A DNA stretch of 64,000 nt, taken from the NCBI GenBank assembly GCA_903831805.1, contig CAIKZD010000009.1, positions 217,939 through 281,938 on the forward strand, given 5' to 3'. The stretch is from an uncultured bacterium. Lineage in GTDB: Bacteria > Patescibacteriota > Minisyncoccia > Moranbacterales > UBA2206. A model generated the notes under the pieces. The model searched no databases. It was not told the DNA's origin and saw nothing but the letters and a program-made list of their open reading frames with translations. This document shows positions 30,648 through 41,472 of this stretch, piece after piece. A program made the position numbers and the translations under genes. The first letter of the stretch is position 1; the number at the start of each line of letters is the position of its first letter.

Positions 30648-31862
30648 TTATTCATATCTTAACGCTTCAATCGGGCTCAAAGCCGCCGCGCGCCGGGCTG
30701 GATAGAAACCGAAGATGATGCCAATGGCCGCTGACACTCCGAAAGCGAGCAGGATGGAGGAAACGGAAACTTGCGTAGTCATGCTCAAGAAATGCGAAGC
30801 GAGCATAGACATCAACCAGCCGAGAATAATGCCGATGAAGCCACCAAGAAATGTTAGCACCACCGCTTCGGCCAGAAATTGCAGATTGATATAAATCCGC
30901 CGCACCCCGACCGCTTTTCGCAGGCCAATCTCGCGCGTCCGTTCGGTGACGGTGGTGAGCATCATATTCATGATCCCGATGCCGCCCACCAGAAGAGAAA
31001 TACCGGCGATGGAAGCCAGGAGCGCAGTGAAAGTGCCAGTCACACTGGAAGCGGTGGAAATAATGTCGGCTTGATTTAAAATATTGAAATCAGCTTGGGT
31101 CGGATCAGTGATTTTGTGGCGATTGAGAAGCAAATCAGTGACCTCTTGCTGGGCGGCTGCGATGTTGTCCGGCGAAGTGGCTGCCGCACTGATGTCGGAA
31201 ACAAAACTATTACCAGCCAGATAGTGCTGGTCAGTAGTAATCGGAATATAGACATAATCATCCGGGTTAGTAAATCCGGCGCCACCTTTCAAAACTGTCA
31301 CCCCGATAACCGTAAACCCCACTCCATTAACACGGATAGATTGCCCGACTGGATTAGCATCCGTTCCAAATAGGTCATCTCGAGCAGTGGGTCCCAAGAC
31401 AGCCACTTTCGAAGAAGCCTGCACTTGTTGAGTACTGATAAAAGAACCAAGGTCAACTTGGACATTACGCACATCCAGATAGGTTGGCAAAGTGCCGACC
31501 ACTTGCGTGTTAGTGTTATTGCCCCCGGCGGTGATTTGATAGCGGCGAGAAACTTCCGGCGCCACTGCTTTGACATCCGGTACTTGCGTCGCAATGGCAT
31601 TCACATCGTCCATCGTGAGTGTCTCAGCACTGCCCCGTCCCGCACTGATCCCGCCGCCGCGTTGCGCTCCCGGCATCACAATGATCAGATTCGATCCGAT
31701 CGACTCGATACTGGCTGAGATAGAACTTTGTGCACCTTGACCGATGGCCACCATGGCGATAACAGAAGCAATGCCAATCACAATGCCAAGCATCGTAAGA
31801 GATGAGCGGACTTTATTGCCGGTCAAAGACCAGAGTGTTTCTTTTAATAAATCAATAAACAT
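30648..31862 (-). CDS. MacB/FtsX-like ABC permease
   Basis: LTMLGIVIGIASV and GGIGIMNMMLTTVTERTREIGLRKAVG. Confidence 0.93.
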   Translation of the reverse strand: MFIDLLKETLWSLTGNKVRSSLTMLGIVIGIASVIAMVAIGQGAQSSISASIESIGSNLIIVMPGAQRGGGISAGRGSAETLTMDDVNAIATQVPDVKAVAPEVSRRYQITAGGNNTNTQVVGTLPTYLDVRNVQVDLGSFISTQQVQASSKVAVLGPTARDDLFGTDANPVGQSIRVNGVGFTVIGVTVLKGGAGFTNPDDYVYIPITTDQHYLAGNSFVSDISAAATSPDNIAAAQQEVTDLLLNRHKITDPTQADFNILNQADIISTASSVTGTFTALLASIAGISLLVGGIGIMNMMLTTVTERTREIGLRKAVGVRRIYINLQFLAEAVVLTFLGGFIGIILGWLMSMLASHFLSMTTQVSVSSILLAFGVSAAIGIIFGFYPARRAAALSPIEALRYE

Positions 31863-31866
31863 AATT

Positions 31867-32550
31867 TTATAATTTTTTTACCACATCACTTTCGACCACT
31901 CCATCTCTGATTGAGATGACTCGCTCAGCAAAATTGGCAATTTCTTCTTCATGTGTAATGAGAATGATTGTATGGCCTTTGGCATTAAGGTCTTGGAAAG
32001 TTTTCATCACGATATGACTGGTTTTAGTGTCCAGATTGCCCGTCGGTTCGTCCGCCAGAATAATAGCTGGGTTATTGATAAGCGCCCTAGCAATCGCCAC
32101 TCTTTGCATCTGTCCGCCGGATAATTGATTGGAAAGATTATTTTTTTTACTTTCATCCATACCAGCATACCTCAAAGATTCCAATGCCCGCTGCTCGCGT
32201 TCTTTTTCCGAAGTGTTGGAATAGAGCAAGGGCAACATCACATTTCGCATAACCGTGGTTCGTGGCAAAAGATTAAACGACTGAAAAACAAAACCAATCT
32301 TAGTGCGCCGGATATCCGATAATTCATCATCATTAAGACTAGAAACTTCATGGCCATCTAAAATATATTTGCCCGAAGTGGGCGTATCCAGCGCGCCAAT
32401 AATATGCATCAAGGTGGATTTGCCCGAACCCGACGGCCCGATGATAGCCACGAACTCACCCTCTTTGATTTCGAAGGAAACACCTTTTAGGGCATTAGTT
32501 TCCACGTCGCCATTGATATATGTTTTCACTAAATCACGACATTCAATCAT
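31867..32550 (-). CDS. ABC ATP-binding protein (MacB/LolD type)
   Basis: GPSGSGKST, LSGGQMQRV and LADEPTGNLD. Confidence 0.95.
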   Translation of the reverse strand: MIECRDLVKTYINGDVETNALKGVSFEIKEGEFVAIIGPSGSGKSTLMHIIGALDTPTSGKYILDGHEVSSLNDDELSDIRRTKIGFVFQSFNLLPRTTVMRNVMLPLLYSNTSEKEREQRALESLRYAGMDESKKNNLSNQLSGGQMQRVAIARALINNPAIILADEPTGNLDTKTSHIVMKTFQDLNAKGHTIILITHEEEIANFAERVISIRDGVVESDVVKKL

Positions 32551-32574
32551 AATCTGTTTTCTAATTTATTTAAG

Positions 32575-33762
32575 TTAGCCTCGTCCGCCACCGCCGAGTC
32601 CGGGAATTCTGATCCCTCCGCCACCAGTGTTGCCAGTAGTGGTTGTCGTACTCTTGGCACCGGCCGCGATAGTCTGCGTAACCACATTGTCACCGACATT
32701 CACCCCACTAGTGATTTCCGTATCCGTCCCATTAGTATCACCAACCTGGACATTCACTTTCTGCGGCACGCCGTTTTGCAAAACTTGTACGTAAACTTGT
32801 CCGTTCTGGTTTTTAATGGCGCTGCTCGGCACCATAATCACATCGGCTTTAGTATTGGTGATGATGGCGGCTGATACACTCATGCCCGGTTTGATTTTCG
32901 GATCTATTGTGTCAAAACCAATCGTCACATTATACGTCACCACGCCAGAACTGACTGTGCCGAGAGAATCCATAGTTTCCACTTGGCCGGTCGCCGTGAA
33001 ATCTGGCAGGGCGTCAAAAGTCAAAGTCACTTTCTGACCAATTTTCACATTCGACACATCCACTTCATTGACTTGCACCTGCGTTTTCAGCGTGCCCATA
33101 TCCCCCACGATGATCGGCGCCTTGGCATTACTGCCGGAACCGGACACCCGGCTCAAGTCGTCACCATTTTTGATGTTCACTTCATTGACTGTGCCATCGA
33201 TCGGAGAAGTAACATTCCGTTTAGCTGCCTGCTGCTGGGCATAACTTAGATTGGCAGCCGCACTGGTCAAACTTTGCTTAGAGGCTGTGACGGAAGATTT
33301 GGAAGCATCAATTTTTTGCGCCGCCGCCACCTTATCTTCATGCACTGAGGTAGCACTTTTTTTAGCGGCCTTAAGACTGGCTTCAGAGGAAGTCACTCCC
33401 GCCTGCGCACTCAACAAAGAAGCTTGTGAGGATTTATAGCTAGACTGCGCTTGATCGACGTTCAGTCCCAATTGATCGTTGACAATAGTAAAAAGCAATT
33501 GCCCTTTTTTCACTTGCTCACCCACGCTCACCGCTAGGCTAGCCACAGTGCCTGTAATCGTCGGGTCAACCGTCGCACTTTGATTGACCACAACATTGCC
33601 CGAAGCCGAAACAGAACTAACCAAAGTGCCCTTAGCCGCCGCTTCAGTCCGATACTGCACCTGGCTTTGAGTGGAATGGGCCTTATTATACCAATAATAT
33701 CCTCCTGCCAACAGGATAATAGCCATTGCTAGATAGACATAACGTTTCTTTTTCATATTCAT
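32575..33762 (-). CDS. MacA-like periplasmic adaptor subunit
   Basis: TM segment, lipoyl-like VKKGQLL, helical hairpin, SPIDGTV and KPGMS. Confidence 0.9.
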   Translation of the reverse strand: MNMKKKRYVYLAMAIILLAGGYYWYNKAHSTQSQVQYRTEAAAKGTLVSSVSASGNVVVNQSATVDPTITGTVASLAVSVGEQVKKGQLLFTIVNDQLGLNVDQAQSSYKSSQASLLSAQAGVTSSEASLKAAKKSATSVHEDKVAAAQKIDASKSSVTASKQSLTSAAANLSYAQQQAAKRNVTSPIDGTVNEVNIKNGDDLSRVSGSGSNAKAPIIVGDMGTLKTQVQVNEVDVSNVKIGQKVTLTFDALPDFTATGQVETMDSLGTVSSGVVTYNVTIGFDTIDPKIKPGMSVSAAIITNTKADVIMVPSSAIKNQNGQVYVQVLQNGVPQKVNVQVGDTNGTDTEITSGVNVGDNVVTQTIAAGAKSTTTTTGNTGGGGIRIPGLGGGGRG

Positions 33763-33764
33763 AA

Positions 33765-34286
33765 TTATTGGTTATTATTCGGAGCCGGTTGATTATTGTT
33801 TTGGTCAGTCGGAGGCAAATTGCCAAACACTCGGATAAGATCCGCGTCCAGAGTGCCAGCATCATTCGGCCGACCCATCACCACCACGTTATCGTTGGCC
33901 TTAAGATCACTTAGCTTCAAATCACTCGCTTGATTCTTAATAATCGTATGATTCGTCACCGCCACGGTGTTTTCTTGGCCGTCCCTATCTTTGATGATTA
34001 TTTTATCCGTCGCCACGGAAATGATTGTGCCGGCCAAACCATGGGCGTTACGAAAATCACCACCAGAAAAACCGCGCATCATTGGCCCAAAAAAATCTTG
34101 ATGACCATTCATCGGTGGCCGACCACCCATAAAATTCCGTTCATAATTTTCTCCCCACCGACAGGAAAACAAAGCTCGGTGTGCGCCGACTTTAGCCCCG
34201 CCTATAAAACTCACCAGGGCGATGAGCATGGCCGCCACCACGAGCGCGGCAATTTTGAATCCTTTGGATTTCATCATTTCATGCAT
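33765..34286 (-). CDS. DUF5666-like membrane-anchored protein
   Basis: TM segment plus GTIISV...DLKANDNVVVMG...LDADLIRV. Confidence 0.65.
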   Translation of the reverse strand: MHEMMKSKGFKIAALVVAAMLIALVSFIGGAKVGAHRALFSCRWGENYERNFMGGRPPMNGHQDFFGPMMRGFSGGDFRNAHGLAGTIISVATDKIIIKDRDGQENTVAVTNHTIIKNQASDLKLSDLKANDNVVVMGRPNDAGTLDADLIRVFGNLPPTDQNNNQPAPNNNQ

Positions 34287-34295
34287 AAATTTATG

Positions 34296-34700
34296 TTAAA
34301 TATAATTATAATGACTGCGCTTCTCCAATTTGAAATAAGCGGAAAAAGAAAGCAGCAGGATAAGCACGGGCATCAAAAGGATAGTGGCGCTGACCGCCGG
34401 GAAAGTTTCCAACAAAGAAAAGGCAAAATCATTCCAATTGCGCAGGACGGAGGAAGCATCAGTCAAAAGTAGCCGGAGCAGGACCCAAAAATCTGATTGC
34501 AAAAACGCATTGCCATAGGCCATGGCCGCCCAAACAGTCGCTCCGAGCGAGCCCACTAGGCTGAAATGGGCCAAGATCAATTTTTGTCTAATCTGTCTTT
34601 TTTGCAACCGCTCTATGCGCGCCAAAATTGAACCGGCCAGCTTCGCAGATGGCTCAATTCCTCTCATTTCCTTAAATATTTGATGTAAATTCGGTTTCAT
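34296..34700 (-). CDS. Membrane protein, probable anti-sigma factor
   Basis: Directly downstream of the ECF sigma; short cytoplasmic N-terminus followed by TM segments. Confidence 0.55.
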   Translation of the reverse strand: MKPNLHQIFKEMRGIEPSAKLAGSILARIERLQKRQIRQKLILAHFSLVGSLGATVWAAMAYGNAFLQSDFWVLLRLLLTDASSVLRNWNDFAFSLLETFPAVSATILLMPVLILLLSFSAYFKLEKRSHYNYI

Positions 34701-34737
34701 ACATTTATATACGATTCATTTATTCTTTTAGACACAA

Positions 34738-35307
34738 CTACAAGTCCAAAAAGGTTTTTTTCAGCGCCGCTAAAGCTCGACCATGATAAGCCTTAATCGT
34801 GTTGTAGGGGCGGCCTAAAATTTCGGCAATTTCAGTGAGCGTAAAATCCTCTTTGTAATGCAGCGTGAGAATCACTCGATATTTTTCCGGTAGAAGTGCC
34901 AACCTGCCTTCCAGTTCGCGCGCTAAATCTTTTTTCACCAAGATTTCATCCGGCCAGATTGCGTCCTCGGGCATATCCTCCAGTCTGTTGCGCCCATCTT
35001 CATCCGCAAAAAAAGCAAACGGCGTCGTTTTCTTTTTTTTAAAAAAATCCAACGCTGTATTTTTAGTAATAGCAAAAAGCCAAGTCTTGAAACTTTTAGA
35101 CTGATCGAACTTGGACAAATTTTTCCAAGCCTTGATGAATGTCTCTTGCGCCAGGTCTTCCGCGACCGTCGCATCTTTGGTCAGATAATACAAAAAACCG
35201 TAGATCGGTTTCAAATATTTATCCAGTAATTTTTTAAAAGCGTCCTCATCCCCCGCCAGAGAAGCACTCACCAGCCGGCTGTCTCCCTCATTTGTATTTG
35301 GCACCAT
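34738..35307 (-). CDS. ECF RNA polymerase sigma factor
   Basis: AEDLAQETFIKAW and FKTWLFAI (region 2); EIAEILG..NTIK (region 4). Confidence 0.93.
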   Translation of the reverse strand: MVPNTNEGDSRLVSASLAGDEDAFKKLLDKYLKPIYGFLYYLTKDATVAEDLAQETFIKAWKNLSKFDQSKSFKTWLFAITKNTALDFFKKKKTTPFAFFADEDGRNRLEDMPEDAIWPDEILVKKDLARELEGRLALLPEKYRVILTLHYKEDFTLTEIAEILGRPYNTIKAYHGRALAALKKTFLDL

Positions 35308-35310
35308 AGA

Positions 35311-36087
35311 CTATTTTTGATCATACTTCATCTTTTCAAATTCCAAGGCCGCCCCAATGTTTTCCGAAAGAGCACTGCTGAGTTCCAAAGTCTTTTCTCT
35401 AAGCCCGGTCAGATCAAAAAAGTTGAACGCTTCTTCAGCAATGAGCGGATTATAGCTGATTACATGATTACCGTTTTTGAAAAAAATAACTTCTTTTTTG
35501 ACACTGGCAATACGCGGCAGATACTCTTCCAAGGCCAAATAGTCCGTCACGCCATCCCGCCGGCTGTGCAAAAAAAGAACCGGAGTAGTAATACTTTCCA
35601 AGTTTTCCAAGAATCGCCTTTCCATAAAATCAACCATGACCGGCGCCGCGCCCAGCGGATTGAGCCGCCACCTTTCAATTTTTTGCAGCTGGCGCCAAAT
35701 CGGATAAAGTACAGGAAATATTTTTTTTCCAAAATTCATCAATCTTTTGTTCTTCAAACGAAACGGTGTGCCGATACTCACAATCCCAGCTAAATTAGAA
35801 TTCTTTTTCGCGTGCTCTAGCAGCAACGCCCCGCCCAAACTGATGCCGATGCCAAAAACTTTTTCGTATCTGGTCGAGACATCTGATACGACCTTACTAA
35901 TATGCGCAACACAGTCTTTTTCGGTTAGGTGCGTAAAGTCGTTGATAATTTTCGGACCATAAAAACTAACTGCGCTGGCACTGTAGCCCACGCCCTCCAA
36001 AATGTTTTTCAAACCTAAAACTTCCTGATTATCCGAAGAAAAACCGGCCACTAAGATAAAATGAATTTTGGATTTTTCCTCCATCAT
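35311..36087 (-). CDS. Alpha/beta hydrolase (esterase/lipase-like)
   Basis: GISLGG nucleophile elbow; Asp in RDGV and His in GNHV. Confidence 0.85.
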   Translation of the reverse strand: MMEEKSKIHFILVAGFSSDNQEVLGLKNILEGVGYSASAVSFYGPKIINDFTHLTEKDCVAHISKVVSDVSTRYEKVFGIGISLGGALLLEHAKKNSNLAGIVSIGTPFRLKNKRLMNFGKKIFPVLYPIWRQLQKIERWRLNPLGAAPVMVDFMERRFLENLESITTPVLFLHSRRDGVTDYLALEEYLPRIASVKKEVIFFKNGNHVISYNPLIAEEAFNFFDLTGLREKTLELSSALSENIGAALEFEKMKYDQK

Positions 36088-36719
36088 TCTTTGAATAAAT
36101 TATATTCTTTAGCGAATACCTTCATCGCTATATGAAAAATTGCGTAAGTCATAAAGAAAGCCGCAAAAACATCGATGGAATAATGTAAATGACCCAAGAG
36201 GACCGAACTGCCAAAAACTATCGAGGTGAGAATCGCAATATATCTGATCAATTTTTCATCCCAGAAAATTAAGGCGATCAAAAAAGGCACTCCAGTGTGG
36301 GCACTGAAGAAAAAGTCATTACCCGAGATGAGGGTGGACAATAAGTTGCGCGGATCAATCGGTGTCATGACCGGATACGGGCCCAGATGCGTCAAAGTGA
36401 TGGAAACTGAACGGATCAGATAGAAAAGCGCCATGCTTTTGAAAACGAAAGGCGCTCTTTTCGGTTCGACAATCACACAGTACATCACAAACAGAAAAAA
36501 CAGCTCCACCCCATAATTCAAAAGACCATCCACATCCATCACTGGCAGATTATCCAGGACGATATCATTCACATAATTACTGGCTCGCAGATTGGCGTAG
36601 AGACTGGCAAAATGATTGATCATCAGACTGGCCGCCAGCAAAATCAAACTGGAAAAAACCGCATAACGAAAACCATGTCGACGCCAATAATATTTATATT
36701 TAGAAGCAATTTTTTTCAT
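36084..36719 (-). CDS. PAP2-superfamily, sphingomyelin-synthase-like membrane enzyme
   Basis: DFFFSAHT and HLHYSIDV motifs resemble the SMS D3/D4 motifs; multiple TM segments. Confidence 0.75.
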   Translation of the reverse strand: MKKIASKYKYYWRRHGFRYAVFSSLILLAASLMINHFASLYANLRASNYVNDIVLDNLPVMDVDGLLNYGVELFFLFVMYCVIVEPKRAPFVFKSMALFYLIRSVSITLTHLGPYPVMTPIDPRNLLSTLISGNDFFFSAHTGVPFLIALIFWDEKLIRYIAILTSIVFGSSVLLGHLHYSIDVFAAFFMTYAIFHIAMKVFAKEYNLFKE

Positions 36720-36725
36720 TTTGTT

Positions 36726-37463
36726 CTATTCGCGAATATCGTTGTATTTTCTTGAAAAAGGTTTCTTAAAAAGAGTAATCCAAATATGGTTAATCGCGTA
36801 CCGGATAGCCGTCACAACCACCCCTTCTCTGGTCAATCGCCGTCCGGAAGTGAACATGGGCAGTTTAAAAGTGAACTTCACCCGTCCAACTTTTTGAATC
36901 CTTTTAGCAATATCCGTATCCTCACCGTAAAAATCAATATTGAGGTCATAACCACCAATTTTTTCCATGGCTGATTTTCTTACTATAAAATTTCCACCTT
37001 GCAACATCGCGCCACGCCGGAGAATAAAATGATTGAACAGATACCCGAGATAACCGATAAAATAAAAAATCTTAGTGCCGATCTTGGCCAAAGGCGATAA
37101 GTCATAATAGATATATGGTCCGCTGAGCGCGACCAGATTTCTATTTTCAGAAAATTCCTTGTATACCCTGTCCAGCCAGCCTTTCGGCAAACGTGTATCC
37201 GCATCGACATTAGCAATCAATTCCCCCGTGGCTGCCAGAAAACCGGCGTGCCGCGCCCAGGTCAAGCCTTTTTTCGGCTGATCAACCACCTGCACGCCAG
37301 GATATGACAGTGCCACTTCGCTGGTCCGGTCAGAACTGGCATTGTTTACTACAATAATTTCAATATCATAATTCTTACCGGAAGTTTCTTTCAGGATAGA
37401 TTCCAAACAACCACCAATCTGTTTCTCTTCATTATAAGCCGGAATGGCAAAAGTGAGTTTCAT
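36726..37463 (-). CDS. Glycosyltransferase family 2
   Basis: IPAYNEE, NNASSD, VDAD and YGEDTD. Confidence 0.92.
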   Translation of the reverse strand: MKLTFAIPAYNEEKQIGGCLESILKETSGKNYDIEIIVVNNASSDRTSEVALSYPGVQVVDQPKKGLTWARHAGFLAATGELIANVDADTRLPKGWLDRVYKEFSENRNLVALSGPYIYYDLSPLAKIGTKIFYFIGYLGYLFNHFILRRGAMLQGGNFIVRKSAMEKIGGYDLNIDFYGEDTDIAKRIQKVGRVKFTFKLPMFTSGRRLTREGVVVTAIRYAINHIWITLFKKPFSRKYNDIRE

Positions 37464-37464
37464 A

Positions 37465-38649
37465 TTATTTTTGCTTAATCGTCTCTTCATAAATTTTCGC
37501 CCACTCGGCCGCAATCTGCGAGGGCGAAAAATTAGCTACCATCTTCAAGCCGCCTTGTCCTAGAGCTTGTGCCGCCGCTGGATTATTATAAAGATAAACA
37601 ATTTTTTCAGCCATCGTGGCAAAATCTCCCGGTTCCACGATAAAGCCGTTTTGTTCATTGATATATTCCGGCAAGGCCCACGCATTCACCCCGATGGCCG
37701 GTAATCCCGTGGCAAAAGCTTTCATAAGGCTCAAGCTCTGCATCTCGGCCGTACTGGCAATGGCAAACATTTCCACAGCGCGATAGATCCGCGCATGCTC
37801 GGGAGTCGGCAAAGTGCCAAAAAATTTCACCTGATCGCCTATTCCTAATTCCGAAGCTAATTTTTTCAAATCTTTTTCCGCCGCGCCATGTCCCGTAATG
37901 GCAAAATTTATGTTTGGGATTTTTTTGGCCGCCGCGGCCACCGCGCGGATAATCACATCCACGTGCTTTTCTACTCCCAAACGGCCGGTATAAAGCACGG
38001 TGAAATCAGACAGGCCGAATTCTTTTTTAATAATGGCTTTTTCTTCCGCCGAAGCCGGAAAGAAATTTTTGAGATCGACTGGATTGGAAATGACCCGGCG
38101 CGTCTTCTTGAAACCATTTTTTTCCATCTCGGTAAAAATCGCAGCGCACGGCGCACTGACAAACTTGCAACGGTTATAGAACCAAGAAACATAGTTCAGC
38201 GCCAGCTTGTCAATCAACTTGTTCTGCACCGGTCCATATTTCAGAAATTCCGTGATCGGGGTATGATTAGTGCCCACTAAAGGGATTTTCAAAAACCTGG
38301 CGGTCGCCATGCCTTCCACGCCCAAGCCAAAACAATCATGCACGTGAATAACATCCGGCCGATTTTTCTTAACTTTCAGCCAACGCAGAAAAGTCGGCAC
38401 CACCATCCGCCCTTGATTGGTCGGGGCCGGATATGAAAAAGCAAAAAACCGATAAACTTGAATATTTTTGCCTAAGTCCAATTCGATGGCCGGCACTTTG
38501 AAAATCGCAAATTCTTTCGGAGAATATTTCGCCGCGTAGATATCCACAAAATGCCCTAAGCTCGCCAACTCACGCGCCGACTCAATAATAGAATCAGAAA
38601 TCCCACTCATCTCAGGATAAAAGTTGTCAGAAAACATGGCTATTCGCAT
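37465..38649 (-). CDS. Glycosyltransferase family 4 (diacylglycerol glycosyltransferase-like)
   Basis: [27 protein letters not shown] and [10 protein letters not shown]. Confidence 0.8.
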   Translation of the reverse strand: MRIAMFSDNFYPEMSGISDSIIESARELASLGHFVDIYAAKYSPKEFAIFKVPAIELDLGKNIQVYRFFAFSYPAPTNQGRMVVPTFLRWLKVKKNRPDVIHVHDCFGLGVEGMATARFLKIPLVGTNHTPITEFLKYGPVQNKLIDKLALNYVSWFYNRCKFVSAPCAAIFTEMEKNGFKKTRRVISNPVDLKNFFPASAEEKAIIKKEFGLSDFTVLYTGRLGVEKHVDVIIRAVAAAAKKIPNINFAITGHGAAEKDLKKLASELGIGDQVKFFGTLPTPEHARIYRAVEMFAIASTAEMQSLSLMKAFATGLPAIGVNAWALPEYINEQNGFIVEPGDFATMAEKIVYLYNNPAAAQALGQGGLKMVANFSPSQIAAEWAKIYEETIKQK

Positions 38650-38760
38650 AGTCTTTTTTGTTCGCTTTATTATATCCCCATAGTAGACCAAAACTGTTTT
38701 TTTGTCACTTATATTGCGCCTATCTCATTATTGTTATACTATAATTGTACTACTAAAGTT

Positions 38761-39828
38761 ATGAACGACCAAATCGAAGCCATTAAAAAAGAATACGCTG
38801 AAATTTCCGCTGAGCTCAATAATCCTGAGAATTTTTCTGATTCCCCCAAAATGGCGGGTTTAGGCAAGCGAAAATCGGATTTAGAAGAAATAATAGCTAA
38901 AATTGGCGAATTTGAAGCGGTGGAAAAAGCCATGCAGGACAATGCGGAAATGGTCAATTCGGCCGAAGAAGACCCGGAGATGAAACAGATGGCCATGGAA
39001 GAAAACGTATCGCTTTCCCAAAAAATGGATGTTTTACAAAAAGAATTGGAGCTTTTAATCCTTCCGAAAGATCCGCATGACAACAAAGGTGTCATCGTGG
39101 AAATCCGAGCGGGCGCCGGCGGCGATGAAGCTGCGCTTTTTGCCGGGGAAATTTTTCGCATGTATTCCAGATTTGCCGAGCGTGATCGTTGGCAAATTTC
39201 CCTGCTCAACACTAGCGTCATCGGCATCGGTGGGTATAAAGAAGTCGTTTTCGAAATCAATGGTCAGGGCGTATACGGCAAGATGAAATATGAATCCGGC
39301 GTGCACCGCGTGCAGCGCATTCCGGAAACGGAAAAGAATGGCCGGGTGCAAACTTCCACCATCACTGTGGCCGTTCTGCCACAAGCTGAAGAGGTGGAAC
39401 TCAAAATTGAAGACAAAGATTTGCGCATCGACACTTTCTGCTCATCGGGCCCGGGTGGCCAATCCGTCAACACCACCAAATCAGCCGTGCGCATCACTCA
39501 TCTCCCGACCGGCCTCATCGTTTCTTGCCAAGATGAAAAATCACAGATTAAGAACAAAGAAAAAGCTATGAAAGTTTTGCGTTCGCGACTGTTGCAAGCC
39601 GAAGAAGAAAAAGCGGCCAAAGAACGGGGCGACGCACGCAAATCTCAGATTGGCACCGGCGACCGCAGCGAAAAGATCCGCACCTACAACTTCCCCCAAG
39701 ACCGCATCACTGACCATCGCGTGAAAGAATCTTGGAGCAACATCAAAACTATTCTCGAGGGCAATCTCAATCAAATTATCGACGTCCTGATCCAAGAAAA
39801 TCAAAAAAGACTATTGGAGAAAAAATAA
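38761..39828 (+). CDS. prfA: Peptide chain release factor 1
   Basis: [12 protein letters not shown] (PxT), GPGGQSVN and [14 protein letters not shown]. Confidence 0.97.
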   Translation: MNDQIEAIKKEYAEISAELNNPENFSDSPKMAGLGKRKSDLEEIIAKIGEFEAVEKAMQDNAEMVNSAEEDPEMKQMAMEENVSLSQKMDVLQKELELLILPKDPHDNKGVIVEIRAGAGGDEAALFAGEIFRMYSRFAERDRWQISLLNTSVIGIGGYKEVVFEINGQGVYGKMKYESGVHRVQRIPETEKNGRVQTSTITVAVLPQAEEVELKIEDKDLRIDTFCSSGPGGQSVNTTKSAVRITHLPTGLIVSCQDEKSQIKNKEKAMKVLRSRLLQAEEEKAAKERGDARKSQIGTGDRSEKIRTYNFPQDRITDHRVKESWSNIKTILEGNLNQIIDVLIQENQKRLLEKK

Positions 39829-39833
39829 AGATA

Positions 39834-40196
39834 TTATTTGCCTTGCAAAAACTTCCCCACCTCCGGCGAGAAATATTTCTCGCCTTTAACCATTTTGTAT
39901 TGATGATAGTCTTTGCTCATGTGTGAGCGATGCACTTCCGCAAAAATATCTCCGATCTTGTCTTGCAAACCATGTTCCAAGATCGTGCCATACACGCCGT
40001 ATAAAATATCACACAATTCTTTGGCAATGTTTTCCAGGTCATTATTTTGTACACCTTTAGCATATTCTCGCACCTCTTCTTCCATCAAACGATAGCGCAA
40101 ATCTGACCGGTCTTTCGGAATCAAAGCTGGCCTTTCCAAGATGGGCGCTTGGAATTTTTGGTGGAATTTTTTGACTAAGTCGAGTTGTTTTTGCAT
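39834..40196 (-). CDS. All-alpha NTP pyrophosphohydrolase (MazG/PRA-PH-like)
   Basis: LMEEEVREY, KELCDILY and EVHRSHMSK. Confidence 0.8.
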   Translation of the reverse strand: MQKQLDLVKKFHQKFQAPILERPALIPKDRSDLRYRLMEEEVREYAKGVQNNDLENIAKELCDILYGVYGTILEHGLQDKIGDIFAEVHRSHMSKDYHQYKMVKGEKYFSPEVGKFLQGK

Positions 40197-40209
40197 GTAT
40201 TTAAAATAA

Positions 40210-40374
40210 TCATTTATTCAAGATACTGTCTATGTATTCTGCTTTTGTTTGAGTTGATAAGTAGAACCTGACATTAAACTGTTTTATAGTGTTACTTGGA
40301 TTAATTTTATCATAGCTTGCGGCTCCCACTAAGGTTGCTTTCTGAGAAAAATCTCCACTTTTAATGGAATTGCG
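40210..40374 (-). pseudogene. 3' gene fragment at the eroded end of the cassette array
   Basis: Open frame RNSIKSGDFSQKAT...YIDSILNK* with no start codon, abutting an attC-like remnant. Confidence 0.45.
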
Positions 40375-40377
40375 GAA

Positions 40378-40413
40378 CAAAAAATTTAGGAGAGAAAATT
40401 TTGTTTTCCTTAT
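40378..40413 (-). repeat. Truncated attC-like remnant
   Basis: aaaatttaggagagaaaattttgttttccttat matches the interior of the 52191-52321 site. Confidence 0.7.
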
Positions 40414-40419
40414 CGTAAT

Positions 40420-41253
40420 TTATTTTGGTGATTCCAATTTTTTCGCGCCATTACTAGTTAAAAGCGATTTCATTTGAATAATCGCAGTATTATTTAATTT
40501 TAAAATTCGGTCTTGTTGGGTCATTCCATCACGAATTAGCAGTGCGTTGATACTCTCGATATTAGATAAAACCACCAACTGTTCAATTGTGGCATAGTCT
40601 CGAATGTTTCCTTTTAGCTTTGGATTTTTGTCCCGCCATATTTTGGCGGTCATTCCAAATAATGCCATGTTGAGCAAGTCTGCTTCATTGGCATATTTCA
40701 TAATTGCTTGATCCTTCGTTAATTCGTGTGGGATTAGATTATCCTTGATGGCATCAGTATGAATTTTGTAATTGATTTTTGCCAGCGTTCTTTGAAGATT
40801 CCATTCTAATTTTTGCCTGTTATTTTCATCCTCCTTTAATCTCTGAAATTCTTTTATAAGGTAAAATTTGAATTCCGCCGAAATCCACGAGGCAAATTCA
40901 AAAGCAATGTCTTTGTGGGCGAAAGTGCCGCTATTATAGCGCCCTCTCGTGGCAAAAATTCCAATAGCGCCCGTTTTATTGACCCATTGTTGGACTGACA
41001 ATGCAAATCCATTGGCGCCGCTTTGATTTTTAAAGTCACTGAATTCAGTTACTTTAAAACTGGAGTTGTTCATCTTCTCCCATATTCCCATGAATTCAAT
41101 AGCAAAACGAGTGCTCATCCAATGAGATATAACCAGGCCAGCTTCTGAGTTTTTATGTTTAGCTATATCGGTCAAAGAAATATAATCTTCGCTCCTCTGT
41201 TTGAAGACTGTAATATCCATGCCCTCTACATTTATTTTTTGATTCTTTGTCAT
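40420..41253 (-). CDS. KilA-N domain DNA-binding protein (cassette 5)
   Basis: DYISLTDIAK and GTFAHKDIAFEFASWISAEFKFYLIKEFQRLK. Confidence 0.9.
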   Translation of the reverse strand: MTKNQKINVEGMDITVFKQRSEDYISLTDIAKHKNSEAGLVISHWMSTRFAIEFMGIWEKMNNSSFKVTEFSDFKNQSGANGFALSVQQWVNKTGAIGIFATRGRYNSGTFAHKDIAFEFASWISAEFKFYLIKEFQRLKEDENNRQKLEWNLQRTLAKINYKIHTDAIKDNLIPHELTKDQAIMKYANEADLLNMALFGMTAKIWRDKNPKLKGNIRDYATIEQLVVLSNIESINALLIRDGMTQQDRILKLNNTAIIQMKSLLTSNGAKKLESPK

Positions 41254-41294
41254 AAGGTAATTATGGCGAATTCGCCGTAATTAAAAAATTTACT

Positions 41295-41401
41295 TTGTCT
41301 AACGTTTCGGCATATCTGATGTTTGCCGTAGCGTAGCGGAGGCAAATATGGGTGGAGGCTCGCCGGAGGCGAACCGCAACCAGATATGCCGTGTTATGTG
41401 A
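41295..41401 (-). repeat. attC-like site A
   Basis: + strand GTCTAAC-gtttc-GGCATATCTG...CAGATATGCC-gt-GTTATGTGA. Confidence 0.9.
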
Positions 41402-41472
41402 TGTGCATGTTTTACTTTAATCCCGATGGCAATCGGGATTGCTCTAAAAAAGAATTTTAATTTTGTTTTTTT

